From positions 4,024 to 68,023 of the forward strand of contig PDIP01000149.1 of the NCBI GenBank assembly GCA_002811645.1: a stretch of DNA of 64,000 nucleotides, written 5' to 3'. Below, one piece after another: positions 22,002-34,500 of the stretch. The DNA is from Corallochytrium limacisporum Hawaii (Eukaryota; Protista; Pluriformea). The first letter of the stretch is position 1. The number at the start of each line of letters is the position of its first letter. Made by a program: the position numbers and the translations under genes. A model generated the notes under the pieces. That model did no database searches, had not been told where the DNA came from, and worked only from the letters and a program-made list of their open reading frames with translations.

Positions 22002-22674
22002 GGTCACGATTCACGTTTGACTATGCGTGCTACTTCCGACAAGGGGTGTTTTAGTTACGGCTCAACGCCTACCATTCTTTGTACATTCGTATCTCCCGTC
22101 ATGAAATTGAATCCCATCCTGAAACAATTCACTGGTCAAATTCTATAAACACAATGCTCACTCCTTTCGCAAACGTTCTTTGAATACCAGTAACATGTCG
22201 CCGCCGTGGCAGTCTGGCTATTCCCGATAGGGAGCGCCCGCAATCCTGCACCACAACAGGAGGCGCGGCTGAGCCGGAAACGGTTAGGGTGTAGGGTCGG
22301 GCACGGGCGAAAATTCACTACACCACCTTAGCCCCCATTGCTCCCCCACCCCTCTTTCTCCGGGCGCGTCGAGAATCGGTCGTCCTCCCTCCGGGCTTTG
22401 TACTGGTACCCTCCAACCAAAGAGCTTTCCCAGGCCAGAAACTGTGACCCGAGGGGAGGGGTGAAGAGTGGGTAAGAGAAACGGCGGGGGAGAGAGTCTA
22501 TGGGAAACGTACCATTGCAGCAACGCGCAGCAAATGAAACAAATGAATACGGTACGATATGTATTTCAAATTCTACTTTACAGGCATCAAGGGAGTGGCA
22601 ATACGATGCGTAGTGCATATGCACAAATGTCATTTAAAGGAAAGAGGAACCCCACGGTCAGTTGTCCTGGATTC

Positions 22675-23994
22675 CTAGACCATGCCCGCACTATACTTAT
22701 TCTGCCGTCCTCGAGCACGATCAAGCTTCTTGGCCTTTGCCTCATCCGCCTTTTGCCGCAGGTCGATGCCTGTGCGTTCCTGGCCGAGCTCTGCATCTGG
22801 TAGTCCGAGCAAAGACCGCACGAAGTTGTTGCCATTCAGATGGATCAGCATACCACCAGCCAGTACTCGTCGCAATCCCTGGAGCTGCACGTAGTCTTCC
22901 CAAGACTCGACCTCGTAGTCTTCCTTGGCCAACTTCAAGGTCTCCGACGGCACATCACCGTCCCTGATGCCCCGGGCAATGTCTCGGAAGGCGGCCTTCT
23001 GCTTGGCCTTGTCCTTCTTTGACACGCGCTTGCTGCTCTCTTTGACCAACTGTTCGAGGGTGTCATTCAATTCCGACTGGTCAAAACTATTGAGAGCGTC
23101 CTCATTGTGTTCCCGCATCTTTTCGAAGAGGAGAGCTAAAGCCTCCCCGGCATTTACTCTCGTCATCAGGTCTGTGTCGCGCAGAGTCGCAACTATCCGC
23201 TGAAATTCTTCTAGGTAAATCTGTTCCACATCATCGTCTTCAATGCGGGTAAGAATCAAGGCAAACCCTTGCAGAGCCGCACGCTTGATCTGACTTCCAT
23301 TGCCCTTGGGTCCAAAAAGATCCGCGAACTTGTGCGCCAGCGCAACCACGCGATCCTCCTCCGGGCAGGCAATAACCATAATCCAACTGAGGGACATGAT
23401 GCATGCGGCCCGTTCTCCATCGTCTGCCGATGGATCCTGCGCAACCACCATGAGCACCTCACCCATTTTACTCATAAGATCTTCATGGTGGCCTTCATCT
23501 GCCGACTGCAGAAGAAAGGCTGCGGCAGCCGCGGCTGCAAGTGACCGTTCCTGTGAGTCACCTTTTCTGACACTGGCTGTGATTGCACTGACAATGCTGT
23601 CCCGGCGTTCGTCGTACACTTCCGTGAGCACACTGCCTTGGCTGACACGCAGAAGCGTCTTGAGTCCCAGCATTCGCTGAGTTGAACGCTTTTCAGCGCA
23701 GAATTCTAGTGCTTCATCAACGATGGCCATCTGCTTGTCTACGGCACTGTGTCCTAATTCTGGCTGTACGAACTGCTGCAGCTCCTCGTGACTGAGGTTA
23801 AAATCGCTCATCATGCTACCGGCGCCAAGACTGGCGGTTTCATAGTCAAGATCACTGGTGTCGTCCGCTCCCCAAGAATTGTCTGTGGCCGTATGGAAAT
23901 CGCTCCAATTACCATTGGTTGCGTTTGTCTGAGGAACAGACAATAAAGCCTGCTGGCGCAGGTCTTTCGGTGCCCTGCGAGACTTTTTACCCAT
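22675..23994 (-). CDS. IFRD1: Interferon-related developmental regulator (IFRD1/2 family)
   Basis: ARM-like helical repeats with RVNAGEALALLFE, KESSKRVSKKDKAKQKAAFRDI, ESWEDYVQL..LRRVLAGGMLIHL..N.FVRSLLGL and a basic C-terminal RARGRQNK. Paralog assignment arbitrary. Confidence 0.9.
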   Translation of the reverse strand: MGKKSRRAPKDLRQQALLSVPQTNATNGNWSDFHTATDNSWGADDTSDLDYETASLGAGSMMSDFNLSHEELQQFVQPELGHSAVDKQMAIVDEALEFCAEKRSTQRMLGLKTLLRVSQGSVLTEVYDERRDSIVSAITASVRKGDSQERSLAAAAAAAFLLQSADEGHHEDLMSKMGEVLMVVAQDPSADDGERAACIMSLSWIMVIACPEEDRVVALAHKFADLFGPKGNGSQIKRAALQGFALILTRIEDDDVEQIYLEEFQRIVATLRDTDLMTRVNAGEALALLFEKMREHNEDALNSFDQSELNDTLEQLVKESSKRVSKKDKAKQKAAFRDIARGIRDGDVPSETLKLAKEDYEVESWEDYVQLQGLRRVLAGGMLIHLNGNNFVRSLLGLPDAELGQERTGIDLRQKADEAKAKKLDRARGRQNKYSAGMV

Positions 23995-26909
23995 TGTGTC
24001 GTTTCAATATTCTTGCGTTATTCCGTTATTCTGTGGTTGCCAGGATTTATGCAATTGAACTCTTTAATCGTGTTAAGTTTCTGTGTATATGATTCCTGTT
24101 CTAATTTTCAATGGAGCCTGTGTATTCATGCTTGTTTACCCAAGGCTTATTTTGCAAACGAATTTCGGAACCAGAATCCTAGCTACGGTTATGAAAAACA
24201 ATACTCTTCTGTAACCCAAAACCGATTTACTTTTTTTCGTTTTCCATTGTATACCACTCAGCTTGTATCCAAATAATGGTCATGATCGTTCAGGGGTGAA
24301 GACTGTGACACCCAGCATGAAGCTTTTCGTTGCTTTCTAGAATTTGTCCGGGGTCCATTCTTGTTGCAGTGACTCCTTCGTGACCCTTCCCGACCACGTC
24401 TGGCCCAAGGGTACTCTTTGGCGTGCTCCCTGTTGAGGGGGGGGGGGTATCGTGCCTGGGCGGCAGGGGGCGGGCGGTTGAAGCGTCCGACTTCCTGACC
24501 AGCTGGGTATAGCCCAGCCCAGTGCGCCGGCAGGAGTGGAGGGGTTCATTTTCTTCCCTGCCCAGGCCATGAGCTTTTGGCCGCTTTGTCAAGAGTTCAC
24601 CACGAGCCCGTGGTTGCCTGCCTCGGTCACTCCACCTGCCTTGGTTCTTGGGCGTCCTGACCCGGCCCAAAACAAATAAAGGCAACGATAGAGGGGACGA
24701 AAAAAAATAGCCAACGAAACCAACAAACGGGCGCAACCCAAAAAAAGAAAGGGGATATTTTGCACTTGGCAGAAAGTGCCCGCTCGGTGTCCCCGCTGTG
24801 TTCCCTTTTTCGGGCCCCCGGGGGGGGACCCCCAGGGCTCTTCCCGTTCAGTCCCCACCAAGAGCCGAGAGCCGAGAGCCGAGGACGGACGCATCCGAAA
24901 TTGCAAAGCCCGCCCGCCAAGCCCGAACGTACAGAAGACTATGGTTGCCTTGCGGAGGGTCGACCAAACCCCCTGTTTGATCTGTACGACCACCGAGCAA
25001 TCCCGCAAACCATCCATTCACAGTTGACCCAACACGCCGGCACCGGAAGCAGAACAAACATCCGGAGAAATGCCGCCGATTGCTGCCCCGGGGGGTTCGA
25101 TCCCCCTTAGCGGTGAAGGCGGTACATTATACGCCCGTGGAGACATCCCCCCCCCCAATTTCCCGTGCAAAAATAAATATACCCCCGTCGCCTCGCGGCT
25201 CGACCCTTTGAAACTTCCGGCTCTCTCATCGTTTCGTCTATTGGGTGGGTTTTTGGCGCTCTTTGTGTGGAAAAGCGGGGCTTTTTGATTCTCATACGAG
25301 GGAGGGGAGGCGGCACGGCATGCTTGGGGTTTCAATCGTGGTCCCCGCTCCCACACCCACAGACGACAGTTGACTCTCCGTCGCTGGTCACATACGCGCT
25401 TCTGTAGGAACTGGATACCTTCTCAAAACCACCAGTAAGGGTATGGTTTTCAGTGGAACAATTGTAGTGTCCACCAAGCATTTTCTTGTATGTTCAGTAG
25501 GCTTTACCTTCCGGTGTGAGCCAATTGGTGTTCCATTCCCTACCATAGTTCTCCCACTATGGCTACATCCTCGATGCGGTACTGTCACTACTGCGTTCAT
25601 GCTCCACCTCCCCTCTCTACGCGTCCAGTTGTGCATTACAGGCCATGAGGTACGAGTTGCCTCCAGATAACCAGAAGGATGCGAACGATGCGTAGAATTG
25701 CGGGATCAAATCATATCAGCGCATTTCCATGACTCTCTGCCCTTGGCCGCGAGTTGCGTAGAAAAATTTTCAGAGACGTACATGTGTGACAGACGTATTG
25801 GTGTTTCATTTCACTCACACATTGATACGGGAAAAGCACCGCGGCATGGCATGATAGATCGCACCATCCCCGCTTCTCCGAATTCTACCCATTAAGTCCG
25901 GCAGCACATTGTGCCAAAGCATCGTGATAGATGGTGCTGACCTCACAGACCTCCAAAACGACTGGGTGGTACCAAGCTGCGAATTATTTGTCCTCACACC
26001 TTCAAAGACGTAGTCTCCAGCGATTTCTCTCGCACGAGAAGTTCTTGATGGGACGCATGGTCACATGCATAACAGTACTATTCGAGAACCAGAAACGAGA
26101 AACCACGTCAAACAAACTGAATGCTTTTGGCTGGCCTCGTCATGTTTCCATCACAATGCATCAAACTTGACAGTTGGGAATCTTGATGAGAGACACACCC
26201 GTCCAACCACATATCGGGGTGGATGGACACCAGTCTGTTTGAGAACAACAAAAAGAAAAGGGGCAGAAGTAGATCCAGCTGGTTACCATGCACTATGTGT
26301 TCGGCATCGTATGGACAATTAGATGTCACCAAAAAGGAAAGACAGGGAAATGACTCCCAAAACGGATAACGCCAGGCGGGAAAAGGGAAAGAGATCAGAA
26401 CGAGAGTCTTCTGTTAACTTTTCTTTTTCTTTTTAATATTTTCTTCATGACTTTCAACCTCAGACCCACTTTTTTTCGTCGGAACGTTGGGAATGACAGC
26501 GGTTTTCCGTCAAGGCGTCCCGAATGGCGAGGGACAAAACTACGTTTACTGGTAGCACAATCTCATGCTTCGTCTATGTAGGCGACCAGGAAGAAGAGGG
26601 AAAGGGCGGCGCATGGCAAACGTGACGTTATTTAGACTAAGCAGGGCATCAGTGTTCGACGGGGGGATGAAACGATAGATGATGAAGTACGATTCGGAGG
26701 TTCCCTGACGTACTCCTCGCTGTCGTAGCTATCTGAGTGTTCAGTTTTGCTGCACAAAGGTTTTTCAATGTTGGTGAGTGCACCTACTACTGTAGACTCA
26801 TATGCCCTAGACTCACATGATCTAATAGGTTCGGGTTGGCATCTTCGGCTAGCGAGACGAACAGAGTGGAAATGGCTGCAATCATTGGGCCGTCCACGGC
26901 GAGAATTTA

Positions 26910-28244
26910 ATGTCCCACGGTCAAAAGACACAAGGGGGCCAACAGGAGGGCCGTGAGATTCCGGTACATCCCGGATGGGTGCCAATAGCCGATGAGACGC
27001 AACCTAGGATCCACACTGAACAGACACGACAAAATCCGATTCAATTGCCACAATTCTATCCCGGTACAGGTCCCCAGAAGTTCCCTGTATCACAACCACC
27101 CTCTGGTCAACCATGGTCAGGGTCCCAATACATGAGCCATGTACACGAACATGCTCAGGATCCGTGGTATAGAGCTCAAGCTACAGGGCCGCCTGAGGGA
27201 ACAGTACCCCAACAGTCACAATATCCCGGAGGGACAACCCCGACCAGCAGTGGAGTCATGGCAATTCCAAGTTACCCGCATAGCTTAGACCCTATGCAAA
27301 TGCAACACCTCCCGCAACAGCAGACACCGTTTGCGTCGCAACATCATGTGGCCTCACACATGCCACGCCCACAACCGCCACACTACATGCAATCACATAT
27401 GCCACCACCACCTCACCATGTGCAAGCATCCATGCCACCACAACCACCACATATGCAAACACATATGCCACCTCAGCCGCAACACGTGGAAGCACACCGG
27501 CCGTCACCGCCGCCAATGTCACACCATGTGCCTCCACCGCAGCAGGATCTACAGTACATGACGGCTCCTCTCACGGGAGCATTTTCACAGCCAGAACCGC
27601 AGCAACATGCATTGATCAAACCCTTGATTGTGCAGCCGCTTGGTTCCGAACACGCTTACCTACTGCGTGGAGAACCACCACGAGACATTCCCGTGATTGA
27701 TGCTCGCGTATATTCATTGACCAAGCCAGATTCCCGAAGATCTGGAAGTTCTCGGGGACAGAGCACTGGCCAGTATCGTGTTGGACGGCGTCGGAAGGAG
27801 CGACATTTCGAATTGGAACCAAAAACTGTGCAGAAGAAGAAACAGCAGTATCAGCAGCCCCACCACCACCACCACCAGCAGCAGCAGCAACAGTCGCAGC
27901 AGCAGCAACAGCAACAGCCGCAGCAACAACACCAACAACTGCCGGAGCAGCAGCAGCAGCCGCAGCATCAACACCACCAATTGCAGCAGCAGCCACAGCA
28001 ACAACACCAACATATGCTGACGCAGCCAAAGCAACAACAACGACAGATGGAGCAGCAGCCACAGCAACACCAACTACAGCAGCATCAACAGCAGTCGCAG
28101 CAGCATCAACAGCACCAGCAGCATCAACAGCAACACCATCAGCAGTCGCAGTATCACCAGCAACCGCAACAGCAAGCTACCGGTCCCCCTGTCTCCAGCG
28201 TGCCAGGCCAACCATCCAGCAATGGCGAGAAGCCACTGTCGTAG
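26910..28244 (+). CDS. Low-complexity Q/P/H-rich protein of unknown function
   Basis: 444-codon ORF with imperfect 11-aa HMPPxPPHxQ repeats, basic RRRKERHF patch and about 110 aa poly-Q/H tract. No recognisable domain. Confidence 0.6.
   Translation: MSHGQKTQGGQQEGREIPVHPGWVPIADETQPRIHTEQTRQNPIQLPQFYPGTGPQKFPVSQPPSGQPWSGSQYMSHVHEHAQDPWYRAQATGPPEGTVPQQSQYPGGTTPTSSGVMAIPSYPHSLDPMQMQHLPQQQTPFASQHHVASHMPRPQPPHYMQSHMPPPPHHVQASMPPQPPHMQTHMPPQPQHVEAHRPSPPPMSHHVPPPQQDLQYMTAPLTGAFSQPEPQQHALIKPLIVQPLGSEHAYLLRGEPPRDIPVIDARVYSLTKPDSRRSGSSRGQSTGQYRVGRRRKERHFELEPKTVQKKKQQYQQPHHHHHQQQQQQSQQQQQQQPQQQHQQLPEQQQQPQHQHHQLQQQPQQQHQHMLTQPKQQQRQMEQQPQQHQLQQHQQQSQQHQQHQQHQQQHHQQSQYHQQPQQQATGPPVSSVPGQPSSNGEKPLS
27841..28174 (+). 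repeat. Imperfect CAG/CAA/CAC trinucleotide repeat encoding poly-Q/H
   Basis: Continuous CAG/CAA/CAC/CCG codons. Confidence 0.9.
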
Positions 28245-28731
28245 CCCGCGGCCGGGAAATGACATTTTCCCTCCCTTTTTCCCCCCCCAATCCCCAGCTG
28301 TGCGTCGTGCGATGGACACCTAGGAGATTGTCCCCCCCCTTTCTTTTCTTTCGCAAGACGTTTGCGTTCGCAGAAAGGCAAACGAGTCTTTGGCATATAA
28401 TCAGCAAATAATGAATAAGCAAAAGGAAGAAAGAAAAAAAAAACAAAGGAGCAACTATAAAATAGAAAGTCTTAAAGAAGATAGAAATACTTTTATTGCG
28501 CCAGAACCACGATCATTACCCTGGGTAACATTTTCCTATTGTTTGTCAAAGGTATTTGATAACGACTCCCCCTCCGCGCTCGATTTGGTTCAGTGTATGA
28601 GGATTTCATTCGGAGTTGGAAGTTGGTGGAATGCGAGATCTTTTCCTTCCAGGAGGGGTATTAAACAGATGCTGGGCGCCATCGGGAAGAAAACGGGGGC
28701 AGGGGGAGAATGTGGGGGGAGTGGGGGGGGT

Positions 28732-28971
28732 NNNNNNNNNNNNNNNNNNNNNNNNNNNNNNNNNNNNNNNNNNNNNNNNNNNNNNNNNNNNNNNNNNNNN
28801 NNNNNNNNNNNNNNNNNNNNNNNNNNNNNNNNNNNNNNNNNNNNNNNNNNNNNNNNNNNNNNNNNNNNNNNNNNNNNNNNNNNNNNNNNNNNNNNNNNNN
28901 NNNNNNNNNNNNNNNNNNNNNNNNNNNNNNNNNNNNNNNNNNNNNNNNNNNNNNNNNNNNNNNNNNNNNNN
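28732..28971. other. Assembly gap (N run) flanked by poly-G
   Basis: 240 N. Confidence 0.99.
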
Positions 28972-29383
28972 GGGGGGGAGGAGAGGGGAGGATCGTGTGT
29001 AAACGGCGCGGTGGCAAAATAAGCTTTCGCGGGGTTAAGCTGTGAAAATGAGTGGCCAAGCCCTGCAACGGACTTTGCGATCCGGGCACCTTCGACAAAG
29101 ACACCAATCGATTACGCTGGCAGGTATGATAAGGCAGACTGATAGGCTGGTGCAGGCCGTAGGCTGATGGGCAGCAATGCAGGATGGTCCATGTTTCAAA
29201 CCAGACGAGGGGGCAACTGGTGGGGGGCGGCGGCCTTTGAGAACAAGGATGACAAATCACAGGAATAGGAAAGAAAATGTCAAGCCGCCAGGACAGGTGG
29301 TTTGTGCAGGGGGGGGGGCTGCTTAACCCATCAAATTCATTTTTTATTGCATTGATTGAGTTTTCGTCGGATTGGTTATTCAT

Positions 29384-29435
29384 CGGTAGTGTGGCCAGAA
29401 CGCGGTAGTGAGGCCAGACACGGTAGTGAGGCCAG
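29384..29435. repeat. Short tandem repeat, 3 copies of CGGTAGTG[T/A]GGCCAG (18-19 nt period)
   Basis: Copies start at 29384, 29403 and 29421. Confidence 0.85.
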
Positions 29436-29955
29436 GGGGATCATATTATGAGAAGGCCGTTTTAATTACTGGGGGACCCTAATTTTTACTTGTATCGGCT
29501 TCGGACCTGCGCGAAGGGGAAACTGAAGATGTTCTTATTTGGGTAGCCGGGGCACCCCATTTGCTTGTCAGGGGCCTATTTTCCCAGAGCGGTACCGGGT
29601 CTTTTGGTGAGTAGGCCGCTAAACGGGTGGTCCATTATGACCCCTGGGCGAACATACCAAATATGTTGGCAGGCGGCTCGTCAGAGTACTATGATCATGG
29701 CGATATTTTGCAATCACGATGATGCTAATGTACTGCTCGAGGATTTTAATGATGATGACAATGTGCGATGTATGCATTCTATATGAGCAAACGTAACTAC
29801 TATGCATGAAAGAAATGTAAAAATGATGCCGATGATGCCAGCAGAAATCAATTGGAGAACTGGCGGCTGAAACACATGATGAAACCCCTCCCTTTTGATC
29901 AATGGCAACAGTGGGTGTGTGCAGAACTGATCATGCTCGCCGTTTCTATTCCCGT

Positions 29956-31554
29956 TTAGACGATTACGCCGTATACGCCAATTACTGTGGCGATGGTGCT
30001 GAAGCAGATTAGGAAGTAGCACCAGACCCTTTCCCAGGTCGGCACCGGTTTGTCGAAGTCCTTGGACAGCTTGAGATAGCACAAGCAAGGGAATGTGACA
30101 CTGATAAAGAATGAGAACATGGCACCAATGAACGCAACTACGCGGTCAAAGTAGGGCACATAGAGAGCGGTCACAAGGGCCAGGCTGGTCAACGCAGTGC
30201 GGGTGAAAACGCGGAAGACTGGGTCGAGCTTCTCTGGGATCACCGGTACGACCAGCTCCTCAATACTGAGAGCAACTGGGTTCAAACACAGACTGAACTT
30301 ACTGAAGGGACTGATGACAATAAGCCATGTGCTCATCAGAATCATGGCGCCACCACTGATGGTCATGTTCAGCGTGACCTCCTCCCGGGTCAAATCTCCG
30401 TACATCAGGTATCCCACAATCATAATTCCCGCATACACCACAGTAGTCACGACATAAGTAATGTTCACCATGGTGTTGTAGTCCTGGGGTCGCTTCATGC
30501 TGCTGTAAATGGAAGGGAAGCAGGCATGTCCGCCGTAGCCGACCATGATGAGACCGAAACTGATCGGCAGATTCCAGATGTCACCCACCAGGCGCGTATG
30601 CGCAACCTGGTGCAGGCTGCCACCGATACCGGGCTCTGCATCGTGAGTGGTTCCCTGCACCACCAGAGCCACAAACAGGAACGAGGATGCCAAGACACCC
30701 AGAATGGAAATGTAGGACAGAATGCTCAGCTGGCGCATCCAGCTGGTTGGAAGTACAATCAGGAAGGAGATCAGGGTGAAGGTCATGGTCTCCACATTCG
30801 GAAAGAGAGCGTGCAGGTTGTCGCTCATGAGAATCAAGAACATGGCACAGGTGGTGAACAGTTCCAGGAAGAAGGCCACGCTAATTGCCGCCCGACCCTT
30901 TGTTCCAAATGCGCCCTGCCCGAGGTCAGGATAGTTGATGAACTTGGAGGGATTCATGTCGATACAGGCCCGCAGCAGACGTGCTGTGTAGTTTGTTACG
31001 CCAGCCAAGAAGAACAGCATGGTGAGTGACAGAATCCACCCTGCCTTCATGGCTGCGTAGGGCAGAGAAAGCACACCGACGCCCAAAAGCACGTTGATCC
31101 CGTTAAAAGTTGCCTGCAAAGTGGAGGATGCGCGTCCAGGGGCATCGACTGTCTCTTCACCCTTGGCCAGCAAGAGAGAGGTCTCGTCGTATTCGGGAAC
31201 CCCTCCGCTGCTGACTGTATAATTGCTAGTCTCGCGGCCAGTGCTGGTTCCGGAGTTCACACGGCTAATGTGACCACTCACGCTGGGCCGGCGGTGGAAC
31301 ACACCAAAGGACGAAGACTCTGCCCGGAGAAAATCCTGGCCCTCCCCGTAGCTATGACTGAAGCCACGGTGGGTAAGACGGTCATGGTCAGCCCAGCTGA
31401 GATTCTGCCCGGTGAAGGAATTGAACTGGTACGCCGTGGCTGCTGTGTAGGAGGCGGGCCACTGCAGAGGCGGATTGTCATTCTCTTCGTCTTCCGGTGT
31501 GGCCGCAGTGATGTTGACCGGAGTCGAAGTGGGGAACGGTGACATGGGAGCCAT
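29956..31554 (-). CDS. Amino acid transporter, AAAP/Aa_trans family (AVT1/VIAAT-like, vacuolar)
   Basis: QATFNGINVLLGVGVLSLPYA, YPDLGQGAFG, GYGGHACFPSIYSSMK, GYLMYG, about 11 TM helices, N-terminal acidic dileucine DETSLL. Confidence 0.93.
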   Translation of the reverse strand: MAPMSPFPTSTPVNITAATPEDEENDNPPLQWPASYTAATAYQFNSFTGQNLSWADHDRLTHRGFSHSYGEGQDFLRAESSSFGVFHRRPSVSGHISRVNSGTSTGRETSNYTVSSGGVPEYDETSLLLAKGEETVDAPGRASSTLQATFNGINVLLGVGVLSLPYAAMKAGWILSLTMLFFLAGVTNYTARLLRACIDMNPSKFINYPDLGQGAFGTKGRAAISVAFFLELFTTCAMFLILMSDNLHALFPNVETMTFTLISFLIVLPTSWMRQLSILSYISILGVLASSFLFVALVVQGTTHDAEPGIGGSLHQVAHTRLVGDIWNLPISFGLIMVGYGGHACFPSIYSSMKRPQDYNTMVNITYVVTTVVYAGIMIVGYLMYGDLTREEVTLNMTISGGAMILMSTWLIVISPFSKFSLCLNPVALSIEELVVPVIPEKLDPVFRVFTRTALTSLALVTALYVPYFDRVVAFIGAMFSFFISVTFPCLCYLKLSKDFDKPVPTWERVWCYFLICFSTIATVIGVYGVIV

Positions 31555-34500
31555 TGTTCGCTCTCGAATTGTGAATCTATGTAGGTCAATCCCGTGTGTC
31601 TACACTTCAGCCACGGTATGGTCAGCAACTACCTATCAGAACATGGCAAAAAGTACCTTATCAAAGCAGATGACATGAACAGATACCAAAAATCCAAGAC
31701 TGGCTGTTGTACACCGTGGGTATAACTAAGCCCCGATGCGCTGCGTCTTTTCGACACATCTCTCTACGGACGTCTTAGGGTGTGACATTTTGGAACAAAA
31801 CCTCCGGCCTTCCAAAATTTCGTACGACCCCCCCCCTCCGTTTTCGGAGAGGGAGAGGAGGGAAGGGAAGGGGGGGTTGGTGGTGAGGAGTAGGCCCCCC
31901 CTCTCTAACAAAGGACGGGCCTGGGTCCCCCCTTGTCTAAAATGGCTCTTTTTTTTTCATTTATGTATTACGAACCATGCGCCGTGACTGAAACGATTAA
32001 ACACGAGACCCACAGACAAAAAAGCAAAATGAAAAGAAAAATTAAGCCAGAACTATAGAAGAAAATGGAAAGAAAATGGAAGAAAGAAAAGGACAGGGAC
32101 CAAAATGAAAAAGACGTGATTTACAAACACACTTCTCCGCAGCCCACCTTTCTTTTCCCGTTCAAAATGCATAGGAACGGACCCGATTCTACTCTTGGCA
32201 GCCAAGACCCGCAACACCGGGCCATGTCCGTGATTTTCAACCGCACGCCTCGCCGAGACTGGTCAGGACCAGTGCTTGCTCCCGTACCCAAACTACCCCA
32301 ACCAAAACACCAAAATAAACCCCAAAAAAAGAAATAGAGAGAGAGAGAGAGGGAGAGAGATGCTGGCAAACAATTGCCTGCAAGAAAGCGCAACGGTGGG
32401 TGAACCTGACCAACAAAAACCCAAAGAAAAAATGGGAATTGGGAGAGGGGAGGGGGGGGGAGGGGCGGAGGGAGACCTTATCGGCGGCCGAGACTGCAAT
32501 GCCTCACAACACACACAGTCACCCACGCAAGAGTTTTTCGCTCTGTCTCTGTCTCTCTGTCTGTGTGTGTGTGTGTGTGTGTGACCCTGGCGGAAAGGAA
32601 GGGACGGACGCAAGGTCGCAACCGAGGGAGGGGAGGAAATCGCTGGTCTCTGAATTTTCTGGTTCGTATACTTGGTACATTCATTACTGAATCCTGCCCA
32701 GTCCCCAAAATTCATCAGCAAATTGCTATTTTGGGACCCCGGGGGAGGGACGAGAAGATTTTTCGCGGGATCGCGGGGTTTTTTTTTTGGTTTTCTCTAT
32801 TTTTTTCTTTTTTGTTGCTCTCAAGGCACCTGTCTCACCTGTCTTTGTTGGGCTCCTGTCCCGTGGGGCAATTGACACGTTAACGAATTCTGTGTTGGTT
32901 TTTTTTTTCTTTAAAGGCCTCCCGGGATTTCGCGCTGGTGTGTGTGCGTGTGTGTGGTGGGGGTAACCGCCGCTCTGGGGTGGTAGGGAGGCGGGAGTTG
33001 GGTCTCTATGTGTTCAGTACTGCGCATCGGTGGTTTTTATTGGGGGGAGGGGAAGAGGGGAGGGAGGTTTTGGGATTCTGAGATCGCCGTGGTGGCCGAA
33101 GGAAAACTTTTTTGCGATGACGAGGGCGGCGGCTCCGCCAGCAGAGAGCTGTCTGTAACAATCGCGGTCTCTGCCCCTCTTTTTGTTTTTTTTTCTTTTT
33201 TTTTTGTTTGGGCTTCTCCACCGTCGCCTTACCCCACAACGGCCCCCCTTTTTGCCCTTAGTTCAAAAAGAAAAAGAAAGGAAAGGCACACCAAAACGCG
33301 TGGTGCTCTCTCCCTCTCTCTCTCTCCCTCTCTCTCTATCTCTCGCTCACACACCAAAAACGTCACACTTTCCGCGCGGCGGCGGACAACCGTTGGTTTC
33401 CACAGAAAACTAGGGACCCAGGAAAGCCAAAATATAAGAAAGAAAAGAAAGAAAAGAGGTGAGCGACGTGAACCCGTGGCAGTGGTTTGGGCGGTTGGCA
33501 CAAGGATCGACGGCGGACAACACCGGGGTCAAACTGACCGGAGGCGTTGAGTCACCGCCCGCCGCGCGCGCTCGAAAAACGAAAGGCAACAAACCCGGGA
33601 GCGCGCTGCCGATGGGCCACCGGTCCTGCTGGGACGGAGCGCTCCCAAATGAAATGAGGTTGCAGCGCCTATGGACTTTGTCCGGCAAATGCTCACTGGG
33701 CAAATTGTCGCTATTTCGTTTGTTTTCAAAAGTCCCGATGTTGATGATGGCCCCTGTTTAAGGTTGGGTGGGTGTGTGTTTAAGGATGACGATAATCAAC
33801 GCAGATTATTGTTTTCACATCGACCAAGAACAGTTCGTGACCACAGGGTAGCCATCACTGGACAGAATAATTGTCCATGCAAACGGGCAAGCCGTTAGGA
33901 TGGCAGTGGCCAGTCCTATGTTGTAACGACAATGCTGATGATGTCCATTTATCAACTATAACGGGCCAAAGATCTGTCGAACTCACATCCGACAATCTAA
34001 CATCACATGGCAGCGACGGAATTTCCCTTTACCTGCACACAAATGGCGTTTGGGCGAGAGATGTGAAAGAGCGCGTTTGGAACCCAGGAACAGGTTTGGC
34101 GACCGAAGGACTTTCTTCTGCGTTTTTATCCCAACGCACGGAGATGGTGATTGTGTGCAGGTGAGAAGATAGAAACACGCGACGCGTGCACTGGGAACCC
34201 CTGCCTCCACCAAGCGTCTCAAGCGGCGGGGTCGTGTTTGCACTTGCCCCGATGACGACAACTACCCCTTGTCTCAGAGCTCCCTCACACTTTCGCCGTT
34301 GCGCACATGCGCAACCGTAACGGTCTGGCATGTGAAAGTTTGCTGGAAAGGAGGAAGTCAAAAGAATCCCGATCCATACCATGCGATTTCCACATGCGTT
34401 CCGAGGTGCTGGGTGTGTGAAGAAGATGCTCAATGGGGGACCCCAAGGGAAGGAACAAGCAGGCGGAATGTGTTCATTGTCTTTTTTCTGATTGCTCCCT

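Noticed and set aside
25091-25112. tRNA T-arm-like GGGGGTTCGATCCCCC
   Set aside because: No matching acceptor stem, D-arm or anticodon arm upstream.
29384-29435. Three direct repeats suggesting a CRISPR-like array
   Set aside because: Spacers are only 3-4 nt; this is a simple minisatellite in a eukaryote with no cas genes.
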